From positions 8,361-72,360 of the forward strand of contig CAZNPA010000006.1 in NCBI GenBank assembly GCA_964575095.1: DNA of 64,000 nt. The letters are read 5' to 3'. The position numbers and the translations under genes were made by a program. The notes under the pieces were generated by a model. It worked only from the letters and a program-made list of their open reading frames with translations, searched no databases and was not told the origin of the DNA. The DNA is from an uncultured Rickettsiales bacterium. GTDB lineage: Bacteria > Pseudomonadota > Alphaproteobacteria > Rickettsiales > SXRF01. Of this stretch, positions 20,484 to 30,994 are shown in pieces. Each line of letters starts with the position of its first letter. Position 1 is the stretch's first letter.

Positions 20484-21302
20484 CTATTGCTTAAAATCGG
20501 GTATCAGCGGCACGCGATGTTTGCGTTTGTAATCGATTTCATAAATCGTTTTTTGCAGCGCCACGACGCGCTCGGGATTGGATGGATGCGTAATGCCGCC
20601 GTTCTCGCCGTCAGGTATCGATACCGACATGCGCCGCCAGAAATCGGTGGCGCGGTGGACGTTGTAACCGGCGCGCGCGGTAATATAGGCTCCGACGTAA
20701 TCCGCCTCGCGTTCAAAATCCGATGAATAGCCGAGTACCGCCATATTGGCACCGCTTCTGGCGAAATCGCCGTTGGTATTGCCGCCCCTGCCCGCCGCCA
20801 TGCCATCTATCATCGCACCGGCCAAGGCCCCCATAAGGGCATTATTGGTTTGCGCCTGCGGATGCCGCATCAGATTGTGCGCCAGCTCGTGGCCGACCAC
20901 CGCCGCCAGCTCGTCATCGTTCTGCACAAAATGCATCATGCCGGCATTGACGACCACGTTCCTGCCGTCGGCATGGGCGTTGATGTCGCGCCCGGTGGAC
21001 AGAGCGAAATAAAAGTAACAGGTCTGGCCTTTTTGCGGCAGCCCCATCTCGCGGCAGACATCGGCGCCGGCTTTCTCAAGGCGCTCGGCGACACGCTCGA
21101 ATTGCTTGACCGAGCCCTGCTTGCGTTTCCAGTTGAACGGCACGCCGCCGTTGGCTTTTGTCTGTGCGATCATCCGATCCTGAAGCGCTCGTTCCTCTGC
21201 CAATTCGTTACCGTTCACCTGCGGCGTAAACGTCGTCGGTTGCTGGCAGGCGGAAAGAGTGATGAGCGATGATAAGATGAAAGATGAGAAGATAAGACGC
21301 AT
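20484..21302 (-). CDS. M48-family zinc metallopeptidase lipoprotein
   Basis: Lipobox LITLSAC, the HELAHNL zinc motif and a distal E in FEREADYVG. An alternative start at 21344 adds an AT-rich Lys/Asp extension. Confidence 0.8.
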   Translation of the reverse strand: MRLIFSSFILSSLITLSACQQPTTFTPQVNGNELAEERALQDRMIAQTKANGGVPFNWKRKQGSVKQFERVAERLEKAGADVCREMGLPQKGQTCYFYFALSTGRDINAHADGRNVVVNAGMMHFVQNDDELAAVVGHELAHNLMRHPQAQTNNALMGALAGAMIDGMAAGRGGNTNGDFARSGANMAVLGYSSDFEREADYVGAYITARAGYNVHRATDFWRRMSVSIPDGENGGITHPSNPERVVALQKTIYEIDYKRKHRVPLIPDFKQ

Positions 21303-21345
21303 CTTACTTTTCGTTTCATCCTTCATCGTATTATCTTTCATCATA

Positions 21346-23127
21346 CTAATATACGCGCGCCTTGGGCGGAATCGGCTGCACTTCGTTGGAGAGCGTATTC
21401 AGATGCACCGGCCGGTAATCGATTTTCACTTTGCCTTTATCGTCGAGCCAGGCCAGCGTGTGCTTCATCCAGTTTTTGTCATCGCGGTTGGGATAATCTT
21501 CGCGCGCCTGCGCGCCGCGGCTTTCCTTGCGATTCAGCGCGCCGGCGATGGTGATAAGCGCCTGGCTGCGCAGATTATCGAGTTCCAGCGCTTCCACTAA
21601 ATCGCTGTTCCAGACCAACGTGCGGTCGGCGATTTTTAAGCCGTCGAAACTTTTCCAGATATCGGTCATCATTTTGGTGCCGTCGGTCAGCACTTTTTCC
21701 TCGCGGAACACCGCCGCGTGATTTTGCATGCAACGCTGCATGGCTTTCCGGATTTCGGCGGTCGGCGCGGCGCCATTGGCGTTGCGGATGGCATCGAAGC
21801 GCGCCAGCGCTTGATCGGCAGAGACTGGCGGCTTATGCGGCATTCCCGGCTTGATGATTTCAGCGGCGCGGTGCGCCGCGGCGCGGCCAAACACGACTAA
21901 ATCTAAAAGTGAATTGGAGCCCAAACGGTTGGCGCCGTGCACCGATACGCACGCCGCCTCGCCGATCGCCATCAGCCCCGGCACGACGGTGTCGGGATTG
22001 CCGTTCTTGAGCGTCACCACTTCGCCGTGATAGTTGGTGGGGATGCCGCCCATGTTGTAATGCACGGTCGGCAGAATCGGGATGGGCTGACGCGTGACGT
22101 CGACGCCGGCGAAAATCTTGGCGGTCTCCGAAATGCCAGGCAAGCGCTCGTGCAGCACCGCCGGATCGAGATGATCGAGATGCAGATAAATATGGTCCTT
22201 CTCCGGACCGACGCCCCGGCCCTCGCGGATTTCCATGGTGATGGCGCGCGACACGACGTCGCGCGACGCTAAATCCTTGGCGCTCGGCGCATAACGCTCC
22301 ATGAAGCGCTCACCCTCGGAGTTGACGAGGTAGCCGCCTTCGCCGCGCGCGCCTTCGGTAATCAAACAACCGGCGCCGTAAATGCCGGTCGGGTGGAATT
22401 GCACGAACTCCATGTCCTGCAGCGGCACGCCGGCGCGAACGGCCATGCCGCCGCCGTCGCCCGTGCAAGTGTGCGCCGAGGTGCATGAGAAATAGGCGCG
22501 GCCGTAGCCGCCGGTCGCCAGCACCACCATGTGCGCGTTGAAGCGGTGCAATGTGCCGTCGTCCAGATTCCAGGCGACGACGCCGCGGCAGTTGCCGTTA
22601 TCGTCCATCAATAAATCGACGGCGAAATATTCGACGAAGAACTGCGCGTTATGGCGCAGCGCCTGCGTATATAAGGTGTGGAGGATCGCATGCCCCGTGC
22701 GGTCGGCGGCGGCGCAGGTGCGCTGCGCCGTGCCTTTGCCGAAATGCGTCGTCATGCCGCCGAACGGGCGCTGGTAAATTTTTCCATCCGGCGTGCGTGA
22801 GAACGGAACGCCGTAATGTTCGAGTTCAATGATCGCGTCAGCGGCGTTCTTGCACATATATTCGATGGCGTCCTGGTCGCCCAGCCAGTCGGAGCCTTTG
22901 ATGGTGTCGTAAAAATGCCAGCGCCAGTCGTCCTCGCCCATATTGCCGAGCGCTGCCGAAATGCCGCCTTGTGCTGCTACCGTGTGCGAACGCGTCGGAA
23001 ATACTTTGGTGACGCAGGCGGTGGAAAGACCGGCCTGTGCCATGCCGAAGGTAGCGCGAAGACCCGCGCCGCCCGCTCCGACAACGACGACATCATGATA
23101 GTGGTCTATTATTTTGTACGCCGTCAT
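21346..23127 (-). CDS. sdhA: Succinate dehydrogenase flavoprotein subunit
   Basis: 593 aa with [24 protein letters not shown] (FAD-linked His) and [13 protein letters not shown]. Confidence 0.97.
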   Translation of the reverse strand: MTAYKIIDHYHDVVVVGAGGAGLRATFGMAQAGLSTACVTKVFPTRSHTVAAQGGISAALGNMGEDDWRWHFYDTIKGSDWLGDQDAIEYMCKNAADAIIELEHYGVPFSRTPDGKIYQRPFGGMTTHFGKGTAQRTCAAADRTGHAILHTLYTQALRHNAQFFVEYFAVDLLMDDNGNCRGVVAWNLDDGTLHRFNAHMVVLATGGYGRAYFSCTSAHTCTGDGGGMAVRAGVPLQDMEFVQFHPTGIYGAGCLITEGARGEGGYLVNSEGERFMERYAPSAKDLASRDVVSRAITMEIREGRGVGPEKDHIYLHLDHLDPAVLHERLPGISETAKIFAGVDVTRQPIPILPTVHYNMGGIPTNYHGEVVTLKNGNPDTVVPGLMAIGEAACVSVHGANRLGSNSLLDLVVFGRAAAHRAAEIIKPGMPHKPPVSADQALARFDAIRNANGAAPTAEIRKAMQRCMQNHAAVFREEKVLTDGTKMMTDIWKSFDGLKIADRTLVWNSDLVEALELDNLRSQALITIAGALNRKESRGAQAREDYPNRDDKNWMKHTLAWLDDKGKVKIDYRPVHLNTLSNEVQPIPPKARVY

Positions 23128-23128
23128 G

Positions 23129-23548
23129 TCACATGCTCGCCGCGGTTAAATCAAGGAAATGCAGCTTAAGCACGGCGATGATGCCGGCGGCGGGGAAGGT
23201 AAAACACACCAGCGTCAAGATCAGCAGCAGCGAATATTTCATGAACGGCGCGTGGATGTAATCCTCGATGACGACCTGAACGCCGAGCTTGGCGTGGGCG
23301 AACGTCGCCACCAGCAGCAGCACGATCATCAGCACGTTGACCGGCGACGACAGCCATTCGGCGATCCTGGTCACTTCCGGCGACAGCATGGCGGTAAGCA
23401 ACGAATAGAGAAACCACACCGTAAGCGGCACCAGCGCCACAGCGGTCAGGCGCTGCCACCACCAATGGCTGACGCCGTGATGCGCCGCACCCAGGCCCTT
23501 GGCCTTGGCGAGTTTGCTGCGGAGATCGGAACCCGTGGGAGCGGACAT
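23129..23548 (-). CDS. sdhD: Succinate dehydrogenase membrane anchor subunit
   Basis: 139 aa with [18 protein letters not shown] and three TM helices. Located between sdhC and sdhA. Confidence 0.85.
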   Translation of the reverse strand: MSAPTGSDLRSKLAKAKGLGAAHHGVSHWWWQRLTAVALVPLTVWFLYSLLTAMLSPEVTRIAEWLSSPVNVLMIVLLLVATFAHAKLGVQVVIEDYIHAPFMKYSLLLILTLVCFTFPAAGIIAVLKLHFLDLTAASM

Positions 23549-23549
23549 A

Positions 23550-23957
23550 TTATCCTACCACCGGCGGCAGCGATTGCACGGACTGGACAAAACCCCAGGT
23601 GACGGCGGTCATGATAAGGGAGAATAAAATCACCAGCCAGCCGGAGCGGTTGACTTGCGCGATGGAAAATCCCATGCCGATGTCCCAGAACAAATGGCGG
23701 ATGCCGTTGGCCAGATGATAATAAAAAGAAAACATCCAGCTTAAGAGAAAAAGCTGGCCGAGCCACGAGGTCATGCAGGCATAAAGCCCGGTATACGACG
23801 CCGGCGCATAGGCGACAATGCACAGCCACGCCACGAGCAACAACGCACCGAAAAAGAGCCAGATACCGGTGGCGCGGTGCGTAATGGAGAGCACCGAGGT
23901 GATCTGCGGGCGGTAGATGGTTAAGTGCGGGGAGAGCGGGCGAGAATCGGAAGTCAT
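23550..23957 (-). CDS. sdhC: Succinate dehydrogenase cytochrome b556 subunit
   Basis: Start chosen at MTSDSRPLSPHLTIYRPQITSVLSITHRATG, the canonical SdhC N-terminus. The track ORF (to 24179) carries an implausible 74-codon extension. Confidence 0.88.
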   Translation of the reverse strand: MTSDSRPLSPHLTIYRPQITSVLSITHRATGIWLFFGALLLVAWLCIVAYAPASYTGLYACMTSWLGQLFLLSWMFSFYYHLANGIRHLFWDIGMGFSIAQVNRSGWLVILFSLIMTAVTWGFVQSVQSLPPVVG

Positions 23958-24080
23958 GGAGTTATCCTTATGAGCACCGAAATTCTTTATAACGCTATCC
24001 CCCAAATAATCCACAAGAATTTGTATGTCGGCCATTAAACAAGTATTAAGGGAGACGGGATAATCTCTAAACATAGTCTT

Positions 24081-25139
24081 ATGACAACCCATATCCTCTC
24101 CAGCGACCTGCTCATTGCCGACGTGATTACGCCGCTTGCCGGCAATGCGGCGCTGGAAACACTGGTCGCGCGTTATCAATTGAAACCGGGCGGCAAGCAG
24201 GCATTGGCACGCGCCGAGTTCGACGAATTCTCGGCGGCGATAGAAGGCCGTCCCATCACCATCGTGCCCGGCGGATCGTCGGCCAATATGCTGACGACGC
24301 TTTCCAAACTGTTAGGCGAAAAAGTGGCGGTGACTTTTTTGGGCATCGTCGGCAAGAGCATGTATAGCAGCATGATCCGGCAATCGCTGGCGGAGGCGCA
24401 CATCGCCCTGCTGCCGGAGATGCCCGCTGGGACGTCGTCGGAGGCGGCGGTGTCGTATATTATTTTGCTGCCCGGTGGCCAACGCACCTCGGCCACCTAT
24501 CCCGGCAATGCGCGGGATATGCTGAAGCCGGAGCTGGTTTCCGACGCGCTGGTAAAAGAGAGCGACGTGCTCTTGGTGCAAGGATCGCTGTGGCGAAAAA
24601 TGGTATGGGAGTTCGCCGACCGGCTGATCGCACTCAGAGAAAAACACGATAAGGAATTGTGGCTGACGCTACCGACGCACACCAAATTCAGCGACGGAAA
24701 ACCCGGCCTGTTCCCGCAATTGATTCCCCTCGCCAATTTGGTGCTCGGCAACGAAGAGGAGTTGCTGCGCATCTATAATACCGGCATCGAGCAGGCATTG
24801 CGGGAATTACAAAAGGAGTTCCGCAAAGACGCGCTCAAAGGAAAGCGCCAGCGCCGCGAGCAGGCGGCATTCATCACGCGCGAGGACAAAGGCGCGGCGG
24901 TTGTAACCAAGGATGACATACGCTACATCGAGGCGCTGCCGCCGCCCACCATCGCCAATACGCTGGGCGCGGGAGATACGGCATTCGCCGGTTTCGCCGC
25001 CGGGCACCTTGCAGGATTGACTCTTGAGGACTCCGCCAACATCGCCATGGCGCTGGCCTGCGAGAAACTCAAATTCAACAGCGCCCGCCTGCATGATCCC
25101 AAGGGTGCGATACCGCAATTCATGCCAGTGCTTAAATAA
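24081..25139 (+). CDS. PfkB-family sugar/nucleoside kinase (adenosine-kinase-like)
   Basis: 352 aa with the GGSSAN motif and a C-terminal NTLGAGDTAFAGF signature. Confidence 0.75.
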   Translation: MTTHILSSDLLIADVITPLAGNAALETLVARYQLKPGGKQALARAEFDEFSAAIEGRPITIVPGGSSANMLTTLSKLLGEKVAVTFLGIVGKSMYSSMIRQSLAEAHIALLPEMPAGTSSEAAVSYIILLPGGQRTSATYPGNARDMLKPELVSDALVKESDVLLVQGSLWRKMVWEFADRLIALREKHDKELWLTLPTHTKFSDGKPGLFPQLIPLANLVLGNEEELLRIYNTGIEQALRELQKEFRKDALKGKRQRREQAAFITREDKGAAVVTKDDIRYIEALPPPTIANTLGAGDTAFAGFAAGHLAGLTLEDSANIAMALACEKLKFNSARLHDPKGAIPQFMPVLK

Positions 25140-25782
25140 GCTTGCCTTCATTGAGGCGCAGCACCGGGTAATCGAAGAGCGAAATCAGATGCTCGTCGTG
25201 CGTGGCGATGACGACGGTGGTGCCGGTTTGATTCAGCGCCTCGAAGAGATACATGAATTTGAGCGAGAGGTCGGCATCCAGATTGCCGGTCGGCTCGTCG
25301 GCCAGCAGCAAATCCGGCTTGGTGACGACGGCACGGGCGATGGCGGCGCGCTGCTGCTGGCCGCCGGAGAGCATATAGGGACGCGTGTCGCGCCATTCGG
25401 TAAGGCCGATCCACTCCAGCAACTCCTCGACCTTATTATCGATTTCCCGCTGCGGCTCACCCGCCACTTTCAGCGGCAGCGCGATATTCTCCTCGACCGT
25501 CAGGTGGTTGAGCAGCCGATAATCCTGCAGCACGATGCCGATGCGGCGGCGAAACTGCGGCAGGCTCTCTCGCGCCATATAGGTCATGTTTTCGCCGAAC
25601 ATATGGACGTTGCCGCGGCTGGCGCGCCGCTGCAGCCACAAAAGCGATAACAACGAGCTTTTTCCGGCACCGCTTGGCCCGGCCAGAAAATGGAACGAGC
25701 CCGGGTGCAGCTGCATCGAGACGTCGTGCAAAATGCCCCGCCCCGGCAGGTATTCCATCGCCACATGTTCAAGTACGATCAT
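25132..25782 (-). CDS. ftsE: Cell-division ABC ATPase FtsE-like
   Basis: Contains [34 protein letters not shown] and [12 protein letters not shown]. The adjacent divergent zinc-ribbon gene is a usual alphaproteobacterial neighbour. No ftsX lies downstream. Confidence 0.7.
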   Translation of the reverse strand: MIVLEHVAMEYLPGRGILHDVSMQLHPGSFHFLAGPSGAGKSSLLSLLWLQRRASRGNVHMFGENMTYMARESLPQFRRRIGIVLQDYRLLNHLTVEENIALPLKVAGEPQREIDNKVEELLEWIGLTEWRDTRPYMLSGGQQQRAAIARAVVTKPDLLLADEPTGNLDADLSLKFMYLFEALNQTGTTVVIATHDEHLISLFDYPVLRLNEGKLI

Positions 25783-25828
25783 ATTTCTCCAAGATGACAA
25801 CGCCTATCTAATATGCTAAATCGCTATC

Positions 25829-26488
25829 ATGCAAATACAATGTACAAAGTGCGAAGCGCGGTACATGGTGCCCGAGCAGTCGATCGGCGCCGCCGGCCGC
25901 ACCGTGCGCTGCGCCAAATGTCAGAACCAGTGGTTCGTGGCGCCTGTGGCCGGACTGGAAAAGCCGCTGGCGGGCCTCGAATCCATCATGGCGCAGGCGG
26001 CAGCGACGAAACCTATTCCACCCGGCTCCAACCTGCCGGTCATCAAATATCCCAGTGCGCCGCCGGGCGTGATGGCCTCGGTTTTCGGCCTGCTGGCTGT
26101 GGCGGTGGCAGTTTTCCTGCTGGCAATGTGGCCGGCGCTTTATGGGTTCCCGCCCAGCAAAGGTCTGGCGCTGGCCGAGGTCAACATGCTGACGCGCTTT
26201 GACGACAAGCACCCGGAAATCAAGCGCCCTATTTATGAAATCAGCGGCAAGATCATCAACAAGACCGATAAAACGCTCGACGTGCCGATCCTGCGCATCA
26301 CGTTGCAGGATAAGGAAGGCCAGCCGCTGCAATATTGGGATTTCAGCGAAAAAGGCCGCACGCTCGACGCCGGAAAGAACATTCCCTTCACCACCGGCCA
26401 GCTCGACATCAAATTCAAGCAGCCGTCGCGCTTCATTGTCGAGTTGGGTAACACGATGGAGCTGGCGCTGCGGAGCAAACCGGAATGA
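25829..26488 (+). CDS. MJ0042-type zinc-ribbon / DUF3426-like membrane protein
   Basis: MQIQCTKCEARYMVPEQSIGAAGRTVRCAKCQNQW (two CxxC pairs), then a TM helix and a beta-rich C-terminal domain. Confidence 0.75.
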   Translation: MQIQCTKCEARYMVPEQSIGAAGRTVRCAKCQNQWFVAPVAGLEKPLAGLESIMAQAAATKPIPPGSNLPVIKYPSAPPGVMASVFGLLAVAVAVFLLAMWPALYGFPPSKGLALAEVNMLTRFDDKHPEIKRPIYEISGKIINKTDKTLDVPILRITLQDKEGQPLQYWDFSEKGRTLDAGKNIPFTTGQLDIKFKQPSRFIVELGNTMELALRSKPE

Positions 26489-27021
26489 CACCGCCCAAAC
26501 ATAAGGTGAGCCCCCTTATCTCCACCGACCAGGTCGCCGTCCGCGTGCTTGAGATGGCCAACGCCATCGCGCGGGTGCTTCCTTCCGACCCTACCGTCGT
26601 GTCGCTCCTGCGCGGCAGCTTCGTGTTCACGTCCGATCTAATCCGCGCGCTGCATGCGGTGGGCGTGCATCCGCAGGTCGATTTCATGACGCTGGCCAGT
26701 TACGGCCGCGGCACGACATCCAGCGGCGAGATCGAGCTGGTGCGCGACCTGACGCAGCCGATAGAAGGCCGCGACGTACTGATCGTCGATGATATTTTGG
26801 AATCCGGCCGCACACTCGATTTTGCGTACCGGCTCATCCGCGAGCGCGGCGCCAAATCGGTCAAAATCGCGGTGCTCTTGGAAAAACCCGGCAAGCGCAA
26901 GGTGGATATCAAGGCTGATTTCGTCGGCTTCACCGTCGAAGATAAATTCGTGGTTGGGTATGGGCTGGATTACGCCAATTATTATCGGGAATTGCCGTAT
27001 ATCGGGGTGATTCAGCTATAA
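26485..27021 (+). CDS. hpt: Hypoxanthine phosphoribosyltransferase
   Basis: 178 aa with the PRPP motif VLIVDDILESGRTL and YGLDYANYYRELPYIG. Confidence 0.92.
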   Translation: MTPPKHKVSPLISTDQVAVRVLEMANAIARVLPSDPTVVSLLRGSFVFTSDLIRALHAVGVHPQVDFMTLASYGRGTTSSGEIELVRDLTQPIEGRDVLIVDDILESGRTLDFAYRLIRERGAKSVKIAVLLEKPGKRKVDIKADFVGFTVEDKFVVGYGLDYANYYRELPYIGVIQL

Positions 27022-28263
27022 CCACTTCGGCAAGCGGTTGACGCCGAGCATTTCCTCGTAGCTTTGGCGCGTGCGGACGACGGCGAATTCTTTGCCATTC
27101 ACCATCACTTCGGCAATCAGCGGGCGCGCATTATACGTCGAGGCCATCGACGCGCCGTACGCGCCCGCCGAGCGAATCGCCAGCAAATCACCGACATTGG
27201 GCAGCGCCATATTTCTCTGCGCGGTGAAAATATCGCTGGTTTCGCACACGGGGCCAACGACATCGACCGGCACGTGCGCGCCTTTGTTTTCCTTGACGGG
27301 AACAATCTCATGATACGCCTCATACAGCGCCGGACGGATCAGGTCGTTCATGCCGGCATCGACGACGACGAAAATGCGCCCTTCGCTTTTTTTGATATAC
27401 AAAACGCGTGTGACTAATATTCCGGCGTTGCCGGCCAGCATGCGCCCCGGTTCAAAAATCAGTTTCGCGCCCATCCCGTGAATCTCGCGCTCGACGATAT
27501 CGGCATAGGCGCGCGGCAGCGGCGGCTGGTTCTGACCGTACGGAATACCAAGCCCACCGCCGAGGTCGATAGTTTGAATCGCGATACCCTGCCCTTTCAG
27601 CTCGCGTACGAATAGCGCGACGTGCGCAAAGGCAGCAGCGAACGGGTCAAGGCTGGTCAGCTGCGAACCGATATGCACCGACACGCCCTGAATCTCGATG
27701 TTGGAAAGTGTTGCTGCTTTCTTATAGAGCGGCAAGGCGTCGGCCATGCTGACGCCGAATTTGGTTTCGCCGCGGCCGGTGGAAATCTTGGCGTGCGTGC
27801 CGGGATCGATGTCGGGATTGATGCGCACGGCAATGAACGCTTTTTTATTTTTCGTCTTGGCAACGTCGTTTAATAATAAAAGTTCCGGCTCGGACTCGAC
27901 GTTGAATTGGAAAATATCCTTGTCGAGTGCGAACGCCATTTCATCGCGCGTTTTGCCGACGCCGGAAAACACGATATCGGCCGGTTTGATACCGGCTGCT
28001 AAGGCTAATCGTATCTCGCCTTCGGAGACGACGTCGGCGCCGCAGCCGAGCTTTGCCAGTGTTTTCAAGACCGCAACGTTGCCATTGGCTTTCACCGCAT
28101 AGCAAATCTTCGCGCCGGGGAAATGCTCGGCGAAGATGTTGTAATGCCGGACTAAGGTCGCCGTCGAATAGCAATAAAACGGCGTCCCGACTTCGCGCGC
28201 CATGGCGTCAATCGAAACGTCTTCGGCATGATAGGCGCCGTTTGTGTAGTGAAAATAATCCAT
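27016..28263 (-). CDS. lysA: Diaminopimelate decarboxylase
   Basis: 415 aa with YAVKANGN (PLP Lys), GGGLGIPY, EPGR and the CETSD motif. Confidence 0.95.
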   Translation of the reverse strand: MDYFHYTNGAYHAEDVSIDAMAREVGTPFYCYSTATLVRHYNIFAEHFPGAKICYAVKANGNVAVLKTLAKLGCGADVVSEGEIRLALAAGIKPADIVFSGVGKTRDEMAFALDKDIFQFNVESEPELLLLNDVAKTKNKKAFIAVRINPDIDPGTHAKISTGRGETKFGVSMADALPLYKKAATLSNIEIQGVSVHIGSQLTSLDPFAAAFAHVALFVRELKGQGIAIQTIDLGGGLGIPYGQNQPPLPRAYADIVEREIHGMGAKLIFEPGRMLAGNAGILVTRVLYIKKSEGRIFVVVDAGMNDLIRPALYEAYHEIVPVKENKGAHVPVDVVGPVCETSDIFTAQRNMALPNVGDLLAIRSAGAYGASMASTYNARPLIAEVMVNGKEFAVVRTRQSYEEMLGVNRLPKWL

Positions 28264-28461
28264 TTATTGCCCTTGCGCGGGTGCGGCCACCGGCGCGGCA
28301 GGATCTTTTTTCTTCTGCTCTTTCTCTTCTTTTTCCTGCTTGTGCGCTTTTTTCTCCGCCTGCGACTTCATCTGCGCCGGGGATTTAAGGTTGCCTTTAT
28401 AACCGCAGGCCGTGACGTTGAAAGCAAATGCGATTAAAATCAGCAGCGATACAATTCTCAT
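28264..28461 (-). CDS. Small lipoprotein (LptM/YifL-like)
   Basis: 65 aa with lipobox [13 protein letters not shown] and a Lys/Glu-rich tail. It sits in the conserved position between argH and lysA. Confidence 0.65.
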   Translation of the reverse strand: MRIVSLLILIAFAFNVTACGYKGNLKSPAQMKSQAEKKAHKQEKEEKEQKKKDPAAPVAAPAQGQ

Positions 28462-29876
28462 AACCCAAACCTTTTTTTAGCTTCCGCGATGGATTTCTTA
28501 ACATTGGCCGGCGCCGTGCCGCCATGGCTCGTGCGGCTTTTTACCGAATCGGCCACCGTAAGCACCGAAAGCGCGCCTTGATTGATTTTTGGCTCAACCG
28601 ATTGCAGCTCTTTCAAAGATAAATTTTTGAGCGGTTTCTTTTTCGATTCGGCCAGCGCCACGATTTTCGCCGTGATGTGATGCGCATCGCGGAAGGGCAT
28701 GTTAAGCTCGCGCGCCAGCCAGTCGGCCAGGTCGGTGGCGGTGGAATATGCGGCACCGGCGGCGGCTTCCATGCGTTTTTCGTCGGCGGTGAAATCCCGC
28801 ACCATGCCAGTCATGGCGGAAAGGCAAATCGCCAGGCTATCCGCCGTATCGAAAATCGGCTCCTTATCTTCCTGCATGTCTTTATTATAAGCCAGCGGCA
28901 GCGCCTTCATCACCGTCATCAGCGTAATTAAATTACCAAACATGCGGCCGGATTTGGCGCGCACCAGCTCGGCGGCGTCGGGATTTTTCTTCTGCGGCAT
29001 GATCGAGCTTCCCGTCGACCACGCGTCGGAAAAATGAATGAAGCCAAATTGAGCGCTCGACCACAAAACCATTTCCTCCGCCAAGCGCGAAAGATGCACG
29101 GCAGCGATTGAAGCGACCGAGAGAAACTCAAGCGCGAAATCGCGCGCGCTTACGGCATCGAGCGAGTTGGCCATGGGGCGATCGAAACCCAGCTCCTCGG
29201 CGGTAAAATGCCGGTCGATGGGAAACGACGTTCCGGCAAGCGCTGCCGCACCCAGCGGCGATTCGTTGAGGCGTTTTCTGGCGTCAGCAATGCGCGAGCG
29301 GTCGCGGCCGAACATTTCGACATACGCCATCAGGTGATGCCCCAACGTCACCGGCTGCGCGGTTTGCAGATGCGTGAATCCCGGCATTATGGTGTCGGCG
29401 TGTTCGCCAGCGCGTTTTAGGAGCGCCTGCTGCAGGTCTTTCGTTAATTCGCCCAATACATCGAGCGCATCGCGCACATAAAGCCGAACGTCGGTAGCGA
29501 CTTGATCGTTACGCGAGCGCGCGGTGTGAAGCCTTCCCGCCGCCGCGCCGATTTTATCTTTCAAGGCCGATTCGATATTCATGTGAATATCTTCAAGATT
29601 CGCTTTGAATTGGAACTTGCCGGTTTCGATTTCTTTTAAAATCGCCTGCAGGCCGGAGATGATGGCTTTGGCATCGCTATCCGAAATGATTTTCTGCTTG
29701 GCGAGCATTTTCGCATGCGCGATGGAGCCGCGGATATCCTGCCGGTAAAGCCGCTTGTCAAACGCGATGGATGCGTTAATCTCGGCCAGCGCTTTTGACG
29801 GCGCGCCGCTAAACGCTCCACCCCACATCGGGTTGGCGTTCTTATCGGGATGTTTGGAGCTAGCCATATGAGGCAT
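28458..29876 (-). CDS. argH: Argininosuccinate lyase
   Basis: Contains [27 protein letters not shown] and [12 protein letters not shown]. The exact start is uncertain (29876 or 29867). Confidence 0.95.
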   Translation of the reverse strand: MPHMASSKHPDKNANPMWGGAFSGAPSKALAEINASIAFDKRLYRQDIRGSIAHAKMLAKQKIISDSDAKAIISGLQAILKEIETGKFQFKANLEDIHMNIESALKDKIGAAAGRLHTARSRNDQVATDVRLYVRDALDVLGELTKDLQQALLKRAGEHADTIMPGFTHLQTAQPVTLGHHLMAYVEMFGRDRSRIADARKRLNESPLGAAALAGTSFPIDRHFTAEELGFDRPMANSLDAVSARDFALEFLSVASIAAVHLSRLAEEMVLWSSAQFGFIHFSDAWSTGSSIMPQKKNPDAAELVRAKSGRMFGNLITLMTVMKALPLAYNKDMQEDKEPIFDTADSLAICLSAMTGMVRDFTADEKRMEAAAGAAYSTATDLADWLARELNMPFRDAHHITAKIVALAESKKKPLKNLSLKELQSVEPKINQGALSVLTVADSVKSRTSHGGTAPANVKKSIAEAKKRFGL

Positions 29877-30341
29877 ATAAATACATGGATTTGCTGCCTT
29901 TTGGCAAGCACGATGCTGCTGGCGGCACCCGCTGGCGCGCAGGAAAGCGTAAAAATTAAGACGGTCGCCGCCGTCGCCATGCTAAAGACCGCCGGCCATA
30001 AGCTCACCATCCTGCATTTGTGGGCCACCTGGTGCGTGCCGTGCGTCGCCGAACTGCCTGATCTGGATGAATTTGCTAAGGCACATCCCGACCTTGGTTT
30101 CATAGCGCTTTCGGAAGATATGAACTTGGAGAAGGTCAAGGATTTCTTTACCGCGCATAAAATCACCGCTTTAACACCGGCGCTCGACGAGAAGATGACC
30201 ATGTTCCAGAAAGCCAAAGTCGTCGGATTGCCCACCACCCTCTTCATCGATGCCAATGGCCGGATGTTCGCCCGCGCCGACGGCCCGCTCGACTGGAAGA
30301 GTAAAGACGTCGCCGATTTTATTGAGCAGCACCTCAAATGA
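29868..30341 (+). CDS. TlpA-like periplasmic thiol:disulfide oxidoreductase
   Basis: Signal peptide, then WATWCVPC (CxxC) in a thioredoxin fold. Start chosen at MRHINTW. Confidence 0.8.
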   Translation: MRHINTWICCLLASTMLLAAPAGAQESVKIKTVAAVAMLKTAGHKLTILHLWATWCVPCVAELPDLDEFAKAHPDLGFIALSEDMNLEKVKDFFTAHKITALTPALDEKMTMFQKAKVVGLPTTLFIDANGRMFARADGPLDWKSKDVADFIEQHLK

Positions 30342-30994
30342 GCGTGCTCGAAGATATCGAAGTCTGGCCGGCGTCGCAGCGCATCGAAGCGGCGGGCGAC
30401 CCGATGATCGGCCTCACGCGATTCGCTGATGCCGAGTCGTATCAGGCCACGCTGCGTGACACGATTCTGAGATTGGAGCGCAGCTCTTCGTATAAAGAAC
30501 AACTGGCGCGCGGCAGCTGCGGCACCAAGGTGCATCATATCGACACCTGGAAATGCCCGGCGGCGCAGCTCTTAAACCAACGCGCCGTAGCGCTGTTCAA
30601 ACACATGCTCAGAACCGAAAATGCGTTCGTCGATGCCAGCTGGGGCAATATTTACAGGAGCGGCGATTACTGCGTGCCACACAGCCACATCCGAGCACAA
30701 GCCGGCGTTGTTTATTTACTCGATGCCGGCGACGTTGACGAAAAAGATATCTTGGGCGCCAAATTTTATATCGCCGATCCGCGCGTCGCGTATTGCTGCC
30801 AGCACCATCCCGGCCACATGACGCGCCTGCTCATCCCCGATATGAAACCCGGCACGATGATTATTTTTCCGGGACAAGTCATGCACGGCGTCAATCCCTA
30901 TGTCGGCGCAAGGCCGCGTCTCACGCTATCGTGGAATATCGGCAGCGAGGCTATATCTGGCGATCCCCGCGCGACGTTCGACGGGAAGAAATGA
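30338..30994 (+). CDS. Putative 2OG-Fe(II) oxygenase-like protein (TIGR02466-like)
   Basis: 218 aa with PHSH...AGVVYL and FPGQVMHGVNP resembling that family. ATGA overlap with the tlpA-like gene. Confidence 0.5.
   Translation: MSVLEDIEVWPASQRIEAAGDPMIGLTRFADAESYQATLRDTILRLERSSSYKEQLARGSCGTKVHHIDTWKCPAAQLLNQRAVALFKHMLRTENAFVDASWGNIYRSGDYCVPHSHIRAQAGVVYLLDAGDVDEKDILGAKFYIADPRVAYCCQHHPGHMTRLLIPDMKPGTMIIFPGQVMHGVNPYVGARPRLTLSWNIGSEAISGDPRATFDGKK

Noticed and set aside
29636-30538. 300-aa minus-strand ORF, plus similar long ORFs at 36969-37748 (+), 37553-38443 (+), 38424-39416 (+), 34842-35648 (+), 44975-45610 (-), 25808-26491 (-), 32436-33206 (+) and 55444-56235 (+).
   Set aside because: All lie antisense to, or out of frame within, genes that carry unmistakable family motifs (argH/tlpA, lptB/A/C, kdsD, macB, lysK, lpdA). 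Their Arg/Ala/Gly-rich, low-complexity translations are typical shadow ORFs of high-GC DNA.
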